A stretch of 63,382 nucleotides of DNA, the filler included, from Rhabdomonas costata (taxonomy: Eukaryota), in NCBI GenBank assembly GCA_019059605.1. It is 44 parts of 44 records of this genome, joined end to end, with 100 filler letters (N's around TTAATTAATTAA, not from the genome) between each part and the next. Parts side by side here need not be neighbours in the genome. Positions count along the whole stretch, not along the records: positions 36,071 to 37,413 come from JAHMHO010018781.1; positions 37,514 to 38,856 come from JAHMHO010018782.1; positions 38,957 to 40,299 come from JAHMHO010018783.1; positions 40,400 to 41,742 come from JAHMHO010018784.1; positions 41,843 to 43,187 come from JAHMHO010018785.1; positions 43,288 to 44,630 come from JAHMHO010018786.1; positions 44,731 to 46,073 come from JAHMHO010018787.1; positions 46,174 to 47,517 come from JAHMHO010018788.1; 36 more parts are not named here. One strand, written 5' to 3'. The notes under the pieces are model-generated. The model ran no database searches, was not told where the DNA came from, and saw only the letters and a list, made by a program, of their open reading frames with translations. A program made the position numbers and the translations under genes. Positions 36,768-49,161 of this stretch are shown in pieces; positions within the stretch are counted from its first letter, which is position 1; the number at the start of each line of letters is the position of its first letter.

Positions 36768-37513
36768 CTGAGGAAATATGGGGCGAGGCTGGGGGTGAGG
36801 TGGATGAGAGCAGGCGCAAGGAATATGTCAAAAGTTGCAATGGATTAGGTGCGGTGTGGTACGCGGGCGCCTGGGTGGTGCGCAAGAATGAGAGTGGCTC
36901 CAAAGGACCGGAGGTTCAATGTACAAACGGCAGCCCTTTACTAAACGGGCCCAAGAATAGGATTAATTTTTGGGAGGGGGTTAGGGAGCGTCGCCTCTTT
37001 GCAGAATTGCTACGTTTTCTCTGTTTGGTAGAAACCTCCCTCCCTCGGCCGATCCCTTCCTTTCTCTGCTCTGCTGCATCCGTGACGGTTGTTTGCTGTG
37101 ACTGTCGTGGGGTTGTTTCGTCTTCTTCGTGGGCCTGTTTGGTAAAGGTATGCCGTATAAGCCTCATTTTTTCATGTTTTCCTAGCTAGTCGAATTTATT
37201 CTGCGCCCAACACGTCTTGCTCGGACAAGAGAATAAAAGACTTCGTCAAAAAAAATCTTGTGTCAAACAATGTGCAAACATGGTAGCCGTTTTGGTTTTC
37301 TGGCCTTCGCCAAATTCTCAGCCAGTAATTCGGAACGAAACGCCCAGAACCACAGAATCGCATCCTTTCCATTGCTTCTCAATAGGACACCTTAATTGGG
37401 CCTCACCAAACCCNNNNNNNNNNNNNNNNNNNNNNNNNNNNNNNNNNNNNNNNNNNNTTAATTAATTAANNNNNNNNNNNNNNNNNNNNNNNNNNNNNNN
37501 NNNNNNNNNNNNN

Positions 37514-37930
37514 AGCCATTCACCATTGGCCACTCTAACAGTAAGAGGTTGTTTCAAAGGAAACTGCAACCACAACTCCATCACAACAGCCAACCTCACA
37601 AAAGAGTCTGACGCCTACGAATTCAGGAACGCTCTCACCTGCTTCTTTACCACAACCATTTGCAAGAAAAGCAATGTTTGAGGCGGAGGCTGGTCCTTCA
37701 AATTCTCCCAGAACCAGTCATCATATGGGTACATCTTTTCAAAAGGCAAAGTAAACAAAGTGGCAAACAAAGGGTCTGCTATCAATATGTCTTTTCGCCA
37801 CCACAGGTTCCGCATTGCTCCACTGCTAGACTCCAAGCTAAGCTCTTTGACCAACGACTCTCCACTTTGCAATCTCTTTACAATGTTGTGTACGCACGAA
37901 ATCCGTCCTTGGGCACGAAGGGCCTTTATC
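37514..37930 (-). mobile_element. Degenerate retroviral-type (DDE) integrase remnant
   Basis: Broken frames give VEQCGTC...K, LPFEK and LW..F...PLTVRVANGE, resembling the integrase C..C, PFE and P..I.SDNG.E motifs. Stops are present. Confidence 0.4.
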
Positions 37931-40399
37931 TTTGCTGCACTACACTCTCTTTAACCCTCGGTCACAAACATTAACAAGAAACCCCCTTCGTCCTGAACAG
38001 CTTTCTGAAGGGGCTCTTTCCACACCACAGGTAAAACATCACAGTGCTCTCCCACACTCACCTTCTCCTTATGTCTCTTATGTCTAGAACAGAGAATGAG
38101 GCAAGAGCTGACCATTCAGCAGGCCTGATGGCACAAATAGGTGTCTTATCGAAAACGTTACCCCTCAAAGCATTTAGTCTCGCCAAAACTGGCTTCTAGA
38201 GTGCATCATCTACGTTACCCAACAAGTTTTGCGGCACCGTCAACCTGGTCGAAAGATCCATCAACTTGTTGAAAACATTGAGATAGGCTGAGGTAGGGTG
38301 CACTTCCAGAGAGTTTGTCTTGAGCTCTTGGTGCTCACTCTTCGTCAGTAGTCACACTAGGAAGGTCAACCGCCACGTTTACAACCGTCTTCTCGGAACA
38401 AGTGAGTGAATTTTGCAGCACAAGCGGCTCAATAAACCTTATCTGCACAAGCTCTGCGTCTAGTGAGAACATGGTTTCATTCAGTACCGAACCACAGAGT
38501 TTGGATGAACTTGCTTTAGAGTCAAACAGCGGTAAACGTCCTGCTACACACAGTTACTGCGCTGATACTGTCTCTTCCGAGTCTTGCCTCTGATCTGTGT
38601 TTACATACTGCCTTCGAGCTCGGACCTGATCGAGGTCTTAGCGTTTCATCGACCCACCCAGTGTTGCTGACTTGTTGCTAGCGGGATCTGCACTGGAATG
38701 GTCTTTCCGCTGCTCAGCTCTTCTTACAGGTCACCTTCATCACTTGCTTGCAGACAAACTTGCTCACCACACAACATTACTCCTTGTATCTCTGGCCTAC
38801 AGCTTGACCCAAAAACCACGGCAAGTCCAAATTGCTCCCACACTCTCCCTCTTGCTNNNNNNNNNNNNNNNNNNNNNNNNNNNNNNNNNNNNNNNNNNNN
38901 TTAATTAATTAANNNNNNNNNNNNNNNNNNNNNNNNNNNNNNNNNNNNNNNNNNNNTGTGGTGGGTGTGGGGGGTGTGTTTGGTGGTTTGGTTATTGAGC
39001 CGGCTTCACTTCAAATCACGTCACTGGGATAAGACCCGCGCATTTGTCCTGAGCTGCTCTCTCTCACTCTCTCATAATCATCAGCTCCGAAAACAGCGCA
39101 AGAATGTGCGGGAGCATAATTTCCTCCCTTTCTGTCCGCCAAGCATTCCTAATCTTCACAGCTAAAAGGACAAACACCCGCACACCCACGCACCAAGGCG
39201 AACGCGGTGCCTTGTTGGGTGGTAACGGCGACCGAAGAGTTGGGGGAGCTGGAATAGCACGACGACCCCAGCGAGCCCACATACCCCGCGGGCTGACCGC
39301 GAGCCGCCCTACAGCGATTATCACACGGCACAACACACCCAGACGCCAACCAGGCCCCCGCTCTTCCCGCCGCATCAAACACAGCCACCATAAATGCTGG
39401 GCATCCGAGGTGAAGCCACGGGCGACCAAACCACGGGAGAGAAGGAGAGGAGATCGGGAGATATATTTCCAAATTCCTTTGAATGGATCCGATTTGGTAA
39501 AAGTCATCGGCGGTTCTTTATAGCACTGCCATGGTTTTTATACGCTCGGGCTGGCAGGGGTGCAGAGAGCTCAGGTGGCTCACTACAAATCCAGATGTGA
39601 CTTGTGGGGAGAGGACGAGAGCGCAACATTCGTACCCCAGCGCCACCCGCTGCAGAAGCCCACGAAGGTCGCCCCCGGAGACGTTGGCCGCGGAGGCAGT
39701 GGCGGCCGACGAGGAGAGCTGCCCCGCTAGCCCCCCAAGGGTGCACACTAAGGGCTCGGCCACAGCAGCGGCTAGGGTGCCCCCAGAGACGTTCAGCAGG
39801 GCACTCACAAGGCCAGGCACAACAGACTTTTTTTTTGGTTTGCAAAGTGATAAGGCAGTGTGAATGAGCAGGAATAAGAGACAGCTCAGTATAAGGATCA
39901 GAATGAAAGAGAGAGAGAGTAAGCGTTTCCAGCTCAACGGATTTTAAGGAAGACGTAAACCGTGTGGCCTCCATTCCAACACAAACTGCCACGATCAGGG
40001 TGAACGGATACGGCAACTGCAACCAAGGGGGGCTCCCACCTCAGGGTCGAAAAAGGCCTTAACAGCGCGACTCTCCCCGGGAATCCGCAAATCACCGAGG
40101 ACGTATTGCCTTCCCAATGACATGACCACCTGCGACGCGGGGAGGTCATCACAAACCACACGTACACAAAATACACGCCAGCTGCTGAGCGGTCATGTAG
40201 GGCACGAGGGTTTCCAGGACCCCGGCCCTCTGCGGCAACTCCACCGTAGTGTCATTCATGGGGGAGCCCACGAACTTCGCCAGGCTCTCCACAAACCCCN
40301 NNNNNNNNNNNNNNNNNNNNNNNNNNNNNNNNNNNNNNNNNNNTTAATTAATTAANNNNNNNNNNNNNNNNNNNNNNNNNNNNNNNNNNNNNNNNNNNN

Positions 40400-41090
40400 G
40401 TTGTTTTTTTTCAGTTATTACTTTTTTTTCAGGTTCTTCTTTATCTGTTGATTTAACAATGGACAGTTTTTTTACTTTATTTGTATATTTATATTCAATT
40501 GTTTTTGCCGAATCACCTTTACCGATCATAACTTTCATAGGTTCATCTAATTTTTGACGAATACCAGTATATGAATATTCTTTATGTTTACTTCCACGAG
40601 TACATTCTTTTATTTTGAAAATAAAAGGTTTATTATCAAGAGAAGTATCAGGTTCAACATTTTTAATAATTGCAGTTAATGCTTTATTTGCAGCCTGTTT
40701 TGGTTTATTACCAGAAAAACGACCATATGATTCATTTTTATAAACTAATTTAAAATATCTTGTTACTTTTCCATTTTTTTTAGTTTTATTTTCACTATCT
40801 GCAACATCTGATTTTACTAAATCAGATACATTTTGTTTGTCAGTAGTAGGAGCGGCATCATCACTTTTTCCTCCTTTTAATAGTTTTTTAACACGTGGTT
40901 TCTTTTCTTTAGTAACAACTTCTTTTTTTGTTTCTTGTGTTGTTTCTTGTTTTATTTCTGGTTTTGATTCAGATATATCATTTTTTTTAGTATCAGTTTC
41001 TTGTTTGACATCCAGTTCTTGTTTAATTTCAGTGTCACCCTTAGTATCAGCTGTTTTAGATTGTTTTGTTTTTTTGATAACAGTTGCCAT
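40400..41090 (-). CDS. Giant-virus MC1-domain DNA-architectural protein (3'-truncated)
   Basis: Intron-less AT-rich ORF with a Lys/Glu-rich N-terminus, then RYFKL...GRFSGNKPKQAANKAL...IKECTRGSKHKEYSYTG.RQKL.EP, the MC1-like domain as seen in Mimiviridae. Confidence 0.85.
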
Positions 41091-41197
41091 ATTTACTAAT
41101 ATTATTTATATATAATTTATTTCAAAAAAAAACACAGTAAAAAATATATAATTATGTCAACATAAATTTTATATATTTTCGAGTTATATATTAAAAA

Positions 41198-41742
41198 ATG
41201 AATGTAAATTTTCACATTTTACAACATTATTATATAGTATACTCTAAACATATTTATAGTATTTATTGTCATATTGAAAATTGTGTTGATAGTAACATTA
41301 TAGCTATATATAATAGAAACAATTATCTAAAAATTATAAATAAAATTATAAAAATATTAAATGAAGAATATAATGCTCATATAAAACAATTAAAAAATAT
41401 TCAAACGTCTAAAAACAATGAACATTTAATTTATGAATTATATCAATTAACAAATATATCTTATGATAATATCATAAATAAAAATGTATATATGCCATTT
41501 AAAAATGTATATCATGAATTGTGTATGTTAGCAAAAGAAATAGGATTTAAAACAATTGACGACGGTATGTTGATGTTATGTGGTGAAAAATATAAACTTA
41601 TATATACAAAACAAATAATAAATAAATTAGAAGAAATAAATATGTTATTTATTCCATTAAAATATAATGTAATAGATGCAAAACATATAGAAGATATACA
41701 ATTAGAAGATATTACAACAAAACACCAAACTCACCTAACACA
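41198..41742 (+). CDS. Giant-virus ORF, probable N-terminus of a Mimiviridae Lon protease (3'-truncated)
   Basis: AT-rich ORF divergent from the MC1 gene. Motifs ILQH.Y...HIE.C...RN.YL and PF...L..LAK.IGF...FIPL.Y resemble Mimiviridae Lon N-termini. The protease domains are not in the contig. Confidence 0.55.
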
Positions 41743-43367
41743 NNNNNNNNNNNNNNNNNNNNNNNNNNNNNNNNNNNNNNNNNNNNTTAATTAATTAANN
41801 NNNNNNNNNNNNNNNNNNNNNNNNNNNNNNNNNNNNNNNNNNTGGGGGGTTTCCGCTGCCGGCGGAAGAGGCTAGATAGACCCACCTGGTAGAACCCCCC
41901 GGACAGCGATAAGAGAAAGAACGGAAGAATAAGGTGACGATGACGAAAAGCCCCGGCGGCCTCGAAAGATGGACATTGTCAACTTCTTTTGCTTGCTTTG
42001 TCCTGGAAAAGCTGTGGTGTGGACCTTTGTGGTGCTACCCAATGTTGTTTCCCTTCCGTCCGCGGCGCTGGTCTTTGTCCCTAAAATAACTGTGTCCCTT
42101 TTGGTAGGCAATTCCTGGGAACCGTTAAATCGCCGTTCGCAGAAGTTAGCCGCTTGCACACCAGAGAAGCCGGGGAAAGGTACCCCAGTAAAAAAGGTCA
42201 ATATTGCAACATACCGTTTAACAACCTAAAACCAATCAACATCGGAAAACCGTTTAACACCCCCCCCCCCAAAAAAAAAGTATCGGACCGGTCGGCCACG
42301 ACTTTTGCCATTTTCAGACAACTGAGAAACGGAAGATTGACTGGCACTACAAAGCAACCACGTGATAAACACAGCATCGCCAAGCGACCACGTCAGCGCA
42401 AACCCATACACAGCTTTCCGCATTCCAAATCTACGACAGTCGTTCTGCAAAGGCCCCCTGCCTTGAAGTAGTATAGCCTTCATCGCGGTGCGGACAAATG
42501 GGAAACAAAACTCGCGGAATAATATAGCAGACAAAACCCTCCCGACCAATTCAAGCACCAAGACAATCACATGAAAGCAACGTGCATACACGAATATCTG
42601 AGCCTAGCACAACCTAAACAGTTGGTGCTCGAGCGGCCGCTTGCGGCCTAGGCAGCGGGTTATGAAAGCAAAAAAAGGGATGTTGGTGCACAATGTTGTG
42701 ACGGATGGCCACGTAGAGACGATAGTCCTCGAAAATCACCCACGTCACCAGGACGCAGGCCGCGGGAGTTAACATATTTGTGCAAGAGAGCAATAGCATC
42801 AACCCCATAAATGGCAGGGAAACCCACACCAGGCCCTGAAATCAGAGACAGGTTATCGTGAAATTAAAAAAGACGGACACGAACAGATTGCACAACAGCT
42901 GATCCGCGCGATAACCAAATTCTTTCCACTGTGTCAAACAAGGTGGGGTCCGAGGCACTCAGAGGTGGGATGTTATTTCGTAAACAGATCAAAAATAGTT
43001 TGCCTCCGAAGACGACGCCCAAAAATCACTACACCCAAAAATGCAGAACAAGACCGCAGGAAAACCCACACCAGGCCCTGAAATCAGAGACAGGTTATCG
43101 TGAAATTAAAAAAGACGGACACGAACAGATTGCACAACAGCTGATCCGCGCGATAACCAAATTCTTTCCACTGTGTCAAACAAGGTGNNNNNNNNNNNNN
43201 NNNNNNNNNNNNNNNNNNNNNNNNNNNNNNNTTAATTAATTAANNNNNNNNNNNNNNNNNNNNNNNNNNNNNNNNNNNNNNNNNNNNGGGGTTTTTGAAG
43301 AGATTTATCAGTAATCTTTTTATTCCATCCACAATCTAATATTCTTAATGATTTTAAAGTTATAAAA

Positions 43368-44141
43368 TTGTGTACAACATCATTAGTCATTGATAAACAT
43401 ATATTTAATAACATTAAAATTCTAAAACATATTCAAGTTTTAAATTTATGTCAAAATGAAATGATTACAGATACTATTTTTAAATATTTTGTGTCATTAC
43501 ATACACTTATATGTGGTCATAATGAATCAATAACAGACGACGGTATTATTTATTTAAAATCATTAAGAATATTAGATTGTGGATGGAATAAAAAGATTAC
43601 TGATAAATCTCTTCAAAAACTTCAATCATTAACATTTTTAAATTGTGGTCATAATACAAATTTTACAGATAACAGCCTTCAGCTATTATCAACATCTCTA
43701 AAAACATTAAATTGTGGTTGTAATGGTAATTTTACGGACGATTCCATTCAAAAACTTCAATCATTAACAAATTTAAGATGTGGATATAATAATAATTTTA
43801 CAGATAATTCCCTTAAAAAATTATCGTTATTACAAACACTTGAATGTGGATACAATAAAAATTTTACGGATAACGGCCTAAGACCGTTATCATCATCATT
43901 AACATCTTTAAATTGTGGTAATAATACAAATTTCACAGATATTTCTCTTGAAAAACTTCAATCATTAAAAATGTTAAGTTGTGGTTTAAATAATAATTTT
44001 ACAGATGACGGCCTGAGACCGTTATTATTATTACAAATACTTAATTGTGGTTATAACACAAATTTTACAAACCATGGAATAAATAATTTATCATTAACAT
44101 TATTAAATTGTGGTTTAAATATAAGACATACAATCATATAA
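43368..44141 (+). CDS. Giant-virus-type leucine-rich-repeat protein (5'-truncated)
   Basis: About ten 22-23 aa repeats L..LNCG.N.NFTD.SL..L, AT-rich and intron-less. Confidence 0.85.
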   Translation: MCTTSLVIDKHIFNNIKILKHIQVLNLCQNEMITDTIFKYFVSLHTLICGHNESITDDGIIYLKSLRILDCGWNKKITDKSLQKLQSLTFLNCGHNTNFTDNSLQLLSTSLKTLNCGCNGNFTDDSIQKLQSLTNLRCGYNNNFTDNSLKKLSLLQTLECGYNKNFTDNGLRPLSSSLTSLNCGNNTNFTDISLEKLQSLKMLSCGLNNNFTDDGLRPLLLLQILNCGYNTNFTNHGINNLSLTLLNCGLNIRHTII

Positions 44142-44150
44142 TTTTAAATA

Positions 44151-44158
44151 AAAATTGA
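44151..44158 (+). promoter_or_regulatory. Mimiviridae early promoter octamer AAAATTGA
   Basis: Exact AAAATTGA in the 68-bp intergenic gap, about 50 bp upstream of the ATG at 44210. Confidence 0.75.
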
Positions 44159-44209
44159 AAATTAAATATAATAACAAGTAAAATTAAATAAATATAAACT
44201 TGTAATAAA

Positions 44210-44630
44210 ATGAACAATTTACCAATTGATATTTTAAATTATATAATTGAATTTGTTGATAAATCAATAAATTTAAGATTATTAAATAATAAATTCTGTT
44301 ATATATGTACTTATCATATTAATATAATATTGTTACATAATTATGTAATACCAATAAATTTTAAAATAACAAAATTATATTTATCATCAACAACAACAGA
44401 CAAGGATATAATTAACAATTTAAATGTATTAAAAAATATAAAAATATTAGATTGTTGTAATAATAATTTAATTACAAATAAATCCATTCAAAAATTTCAA
44501 TCACTAGAAGCATTAGATTGTGGAGATAATAAAAATTTTACTGATGATTCACTTCAAATATTTCAATCATTAAAAATACTTTATTGTAGATATAATACAA
44601 AATTTACAGATAAATCCATTCAAAAACCAC
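44210..44630 (+). CDS. F-box-like/LRR protein, tandem paralogue (3'-truncated)
   Basis: N-terminal MNNLPIDILNYIIEFV (F-box-like), then LDCG.N.NFTD.S repeats. Confidence 0.8.
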
Positions 44631-47012
44631 NNNNNNNNNNNNNNNNNNNNNNNNNNNNNNNNNNNNNNNNNNNNTTAATTAATTAANNNNNNNNNNNNNN
44701 NNNNNNNNNNNNNNNNNNNNNNNNNNNNNNCCTGTTCAAATAGGTGGACGAGAGGGTAAAATGCGCCGTAAACCGAGGGGGGGGGGTCCTCGTAATACCA
44801 CAGCACAAGCAAAAAAGATGGCTTGTGGCGGACATTAAACCCTTTAATGTCAAATGCATGAATGCTTCCAATGTTACACCTCATCACATCTCATCACCAG
44901 TGCCTCTGATCGCCACGTTGCTGCCCGCTTTTTCCTATACAGCAGACCCGATTACCACCATCCAAACCAAAGGCTCGATACAAAGCACAAATCCAGAGCC
45001 GCCAGACGTCGAAGTATCCACCATCACGTTGGTGAGCAGCGGAAAAGTCTGGGGGGTGGCAACACATAGAGGGAGACGGGCCGCGACGCGCACACAACAT
45101 AAAAGAAAAATCTCCAGGGGTAAATCTGGGAAAGGCATTCCAACATAAAGACTTTGAGAACGCGCCTAATGTGCGCAAACAGAGAAGAGGCAGGACGCAA
45201 AGGCTAAAAATCCTGCAAAAAAATCCTGGAAAAGAAAAGGGTTCGCTGGTTTTGGAGGTAAGCGTGCATTGCGTGTGTGTGTCCCTTTAGACTGAAGATA
45301 TTCTTGTCGGGGGTTTCTCTGAAACCGAAAAGGCACTCCTACAAAAGGTGCGGGCGCACACAACGGCAGAGGTAAAAGAACGTAAACAACGCAAAAAGGT
45401 ACTTTTGCGTCCGCGCGCGGATGGTGGGGTCGGGGGCGCGGAAGGAACCTGGAGAATAGCAGAGGCTCTATCTTTCTGCCTGCCACAGCGTGTGTTTTGA
45501 ACTCGAGCGGTTTGGGCTGTGGGTATGTTCAGCTGCGAAGGCATCGGATCCGTTCTCCACCAGGGACAACTGAAGAGGGAAAGGGCCAGAACTGTGTGGT
45601 ATCAAGGAAGGCACAACAACGTGCGTCCCTGGGGGTGCATAAATGGCATGGAGGCACGGTAAAAGATGCCACAACAGCGAGCGAATGTTTTAAGCATCTT
45701 TCTTCGTACGGCGGGTGAGAAGATACTTGGAGAGAGAGAGGAGGGGAATCAAGAACAGAACTCATTCAACAGGGATGGGGCTCAAAGCAGAAGCAGGAGA
45801 AGAGAAGCAGAAAGCCCTTTCGGAGAAGCATCCCCGAACTCTTGGACCTCACGTTGATCCACGCTGCGAGGAAAGATGAAGAGCACACCGCTGTGTTCAA
45901 CAAGGATGGGGCTCAAAGCACAGGCGGGAGAAGAGAAGCAGAAAGCCCGAAAGCGAGCGAGCGGGAGCGAACACAAGCCCTTCCCTTTCCCCTTCCCTTT
46001 CACAGGAAGACGCACCAGCGAAAAGCATCCCAAACAAAAGCTTGGCGCCCATTTTGGAGATCCCATTAAAAGANNNNNNNNNNNNNNNNNNNNNNNNNNN
46101 NNNNNNNNNNNNNNNNNTTAATTAATTAANNNNNNNNNNNNNNNNNNNNNNNNNNNNNNNNNNNNNNNNNNNNGGTTTTGTTTAACAGTAAAAACACAAT
46201 TAGGGGGGTTGTGTTTTATGCTTGGGAAAAGTCGACGTTTGGCCTCCGCTGGAGATTGGGGTGATACCTCTGTTACAAGTGTGCTTGCTAATTTTTCCAC
46301 GTTTTGGTAGCGCCCCTGCGCGACTTGCCCAAGAATCATGCCTTTGTGTTCCTGCTTGAATTCCACAAGTTGTGTTTATTTTCTGGAATGGAGAAAATGA
46401 TAATTGGTTACAGGCGGCGCACGAAATGGGGGTCTAGCAGCAAAAAGGGGCAGAATTATTATTCCTTGCGAAAAATTCAGAAAGAAATAGCAAAGGGGGA
46501 AGGTGAAAAGTTTTGCAAGAAAACCAAGTGTAAGCAAGTGAAAAAAGAAAAGATGGTTTCTTTTTGCTTCCAATGCGCTTTTGCACACCTTGTGTCATGA
46601 CACGTACTTTGGCTCCATATAATGCGAAAACAGGGAGGCTCCAATGACACTGCGATACGGGGGTACGCGCCATCTGAATTTCAACTATCTTTGATGCTCG
46701 CAGTACAGCATGATTTACTACAAAAGATGAGCCTTTGAGCGCTGACCCGGCAGCATGCGAGCACAGGTGCCCGTGCACCTTTTTAATCTTTCCTGGTCTG
46801 CCTTCGTCCCTTTTTACCAACCAAGTTAGCCCTGAACAGAGCTGAAAGCCCTTCTTGGATCACTGTGCATTTTCACGTGGTCACCAAAGGCGCGCTTAGG
46901 TTGCCGTCGGAAAGTGCCTTCCGTTTCTTATTTTCTCGGCAAACACTCTGCCTTCCTTTCTGCTATTGAATGCCGGACTTTGTAGACGCGCCCTATTTTC
47001 CAGTTCTCCGTC

Positions 47013-47050
<38 letters not shown>
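47013..47050. repeat. (TG)n microsatellite
   Basis: About 19 near-perfect TG units. Confidence 0.9.
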
Positions 47051-47051
<1 letters not shown>

Positions 47052-48425
47052 TGAAACTCCTCTAACCGCGATTGAATGCGGTTTCCCGAGGACTTCCGTT
47101 CAGTAGCCCGGCAGGGACAGTTTTCTAGAGCCCGAAGGCGATAAAAACCTCCTCCAATGCAATGCCTTGTGCATATAGTGCGTGTGCATCTGCAGGCGCT
47201 TCATGACGTCAATGCTGCTCTTCGAGAGTTTGCCGAGGGAGTGGAGCGCGGGGAGTGCCCCACTCTCATTGAGCTGGTCCACCGCGTTCAGCAGCTCCGG
47301 TTTAAGCGCCGGGCAGCATTGTCTGTCTCCTTTTCCCCTCCACCCTCAACTCGCTTTTTTCATAGAAGCAGGTAGCGCAGGGCAGTTTAATGCGAAAACT
47401 ATCTGAGCGTGATCTTCGTATTTGCATACCCGATCTCTGGCCAGGACGACTTGCTTCAAGCTTGGGCCCGATTGAAGGCAGCATATTCTTGCGACCATTT
47501 TTTCAAAACAAACAACCNNNNNNNNNNNNNNNNNNNNNNNNNNNNNNNNNNNNNNNNNNNNTTAATTAATTAANNNNNNNNNNNNNNNNNNNNNNNNNNN
47601 NNNNNNNNNNNNNNNNNTTTGTTTGGGGAGTATGTGCACGCAAGTGGGCACTATTTTATTGGACGTAAGTAGGTGAATTTGGTCCATGCAAAATTTTTTG
47701 GTTTAGGTGAGTGCTGTGCCCCCAAAGCCGCTGCTAGCTAATGCCTGCTGCTGAATTGGTGTTTTGAGGTCGGGGTCGACAGGTTTAGGGAGGCCAGCGG
47801 AGGGCGCTAGTTGACCGAGCGTTTCCAGAAAGGCGTCTTTAAATAGAGATACTGCAAGATCAGATTATCAGATTATCAGATTATTCACTTCTCCAGAAAA
47901 AACCAGAAAAAAATTGCAAAGCTGTGCTCCTGTAGTGTGAAAATGGAGTGCGGGACGCCAGAAGGAAGGCTGGAAGTTGTGCTTTTTTTTTTGCTTTGGT
48001 GGTTGGCATGCTTAAAAGAGTGAGGCTGACATTGTTGTGGCAATTCTTGGCGAGCCGTAAGCGGCATTCGTATCGTTACCTCTCTTCGTCTGTAGCATCC
48101 TGCTCAAATAGTCGAGAATGGTTGAATTAGACTTCGTGCGCTGTTCCTCGCGGCCGCAGCCCTGGCGGACGTTCTGCATCCCTCCCAATCTGATTCCCCA
48201 TAGGTACCAATATCCGTCAGACCTTTCCAACACAGTTTCCAAATACAGGACCTGGACATCGTCTGACTCCCATACGCGTAGCCGCCTCGTCTTTCAGTAG
48301 TTGTCTTTCGTTTCTTCTCGTTTTGCTTTCTCGAGGTTGCCGCTTCGTTGTACTTGCGGGTGCGTCGGTCGTGGTTGTGGTAGTCGTGGTGGTGGTGGTG
48401 GTGGTGTTGCATTGCTGTGAGACCA

Positions 48426-48540
48426 ATGTCACTGGCGAAGGTTCCCTCCCGCGAAAAGGGCAGCTCCGTGGACGAGCCCCTGGATCTGATCCGGCTCAGC
48501 CTGGACGAGCGCATCTATGTCAAGCTTCGCGGTGACAGAG
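48426..48540 (+). CDS. LSM3: U6 snRNA-associated Sm-like protein LSm3, first exon
   Basis: MSLAKV...[24 protein letters not shown], followed by a GT donor at 48541. Confidence 0.92.
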
Positions 48541-49063
48541 GTCCTCACACGCTCCTTCTTTTTCTGCATGGCGGTTGCCTCGAAGATGGATGTGTTTTGC
48601 TGTGCTCTTAACGTTAGCGACCGGTTCCACTTTAAATGCTTAACAACTTTCGTCACAGCGTTCGCCAAGGCACCCAAGTTTATCATCACGCAAACACGAA
48701 CGTGACCCCATGAAGGCAGCGGAAACCTCATACGTTGTTGGGTTTGCCCTGGGTCTCAACATGCAAACCGTATTCTTCGCATAACGCAAAACACCAATCT
48801 GAGAAAAGATCCTGCAGCCTTCATGGGGTCACGTTCGTCACAGCGTTCGCCAAGGCACCCAAGTTTATCATCACGCAAACACGAACGTGACCCCATGAAG
48901 GCAGCGGAAACCTCATACGTTGTTGGGTTTGCCCTGGGTCTCAACATGCAAACCGTATTCNNNNNNNNNNNNNNNNNNNNNNNNNNNNNNNNNNNNNNNN
49001 NNNNTTAATTAATTAANNNNNNNNNNNNNNNNNNNNNNNNNNNNNNNNNNNNNNNNNNNNTGT

Positions 49064-49161
49064 TTGGAGATCAAGTTACGCTCAATATGCTCCTATGCGG
49101 AAACATATCAGGTCCCATATGGATCCGCATAGGAGCATATTGAGCGTAACTTGATCTCCAA
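49064..49161. repeat. Terminal fold-back inverted repeat (arms about 38 bp)
   Basis: TTGGAGATC...CTATGCGGA is mirrored by TCCGCATAG...GATCTCCAA. Confidence 0.9.

Noticed and set aside
45766-45950. Two ~53-bp imperfect direct repeats as a CRISPR array
   Set aside because: Only two copies in a eukaryotic context with no cas genes. This is an ordinary local duplication.
48649-48960. Exact 127-bp direct repeat (and a ~126-bp one at 42820-42945/43062-43187) as LTRs or duplications
   Set aside because: Both end exactly at a contig end with a length near a common assembler k-mer (127). They are likely assembly-loop or template-switch artefacts.
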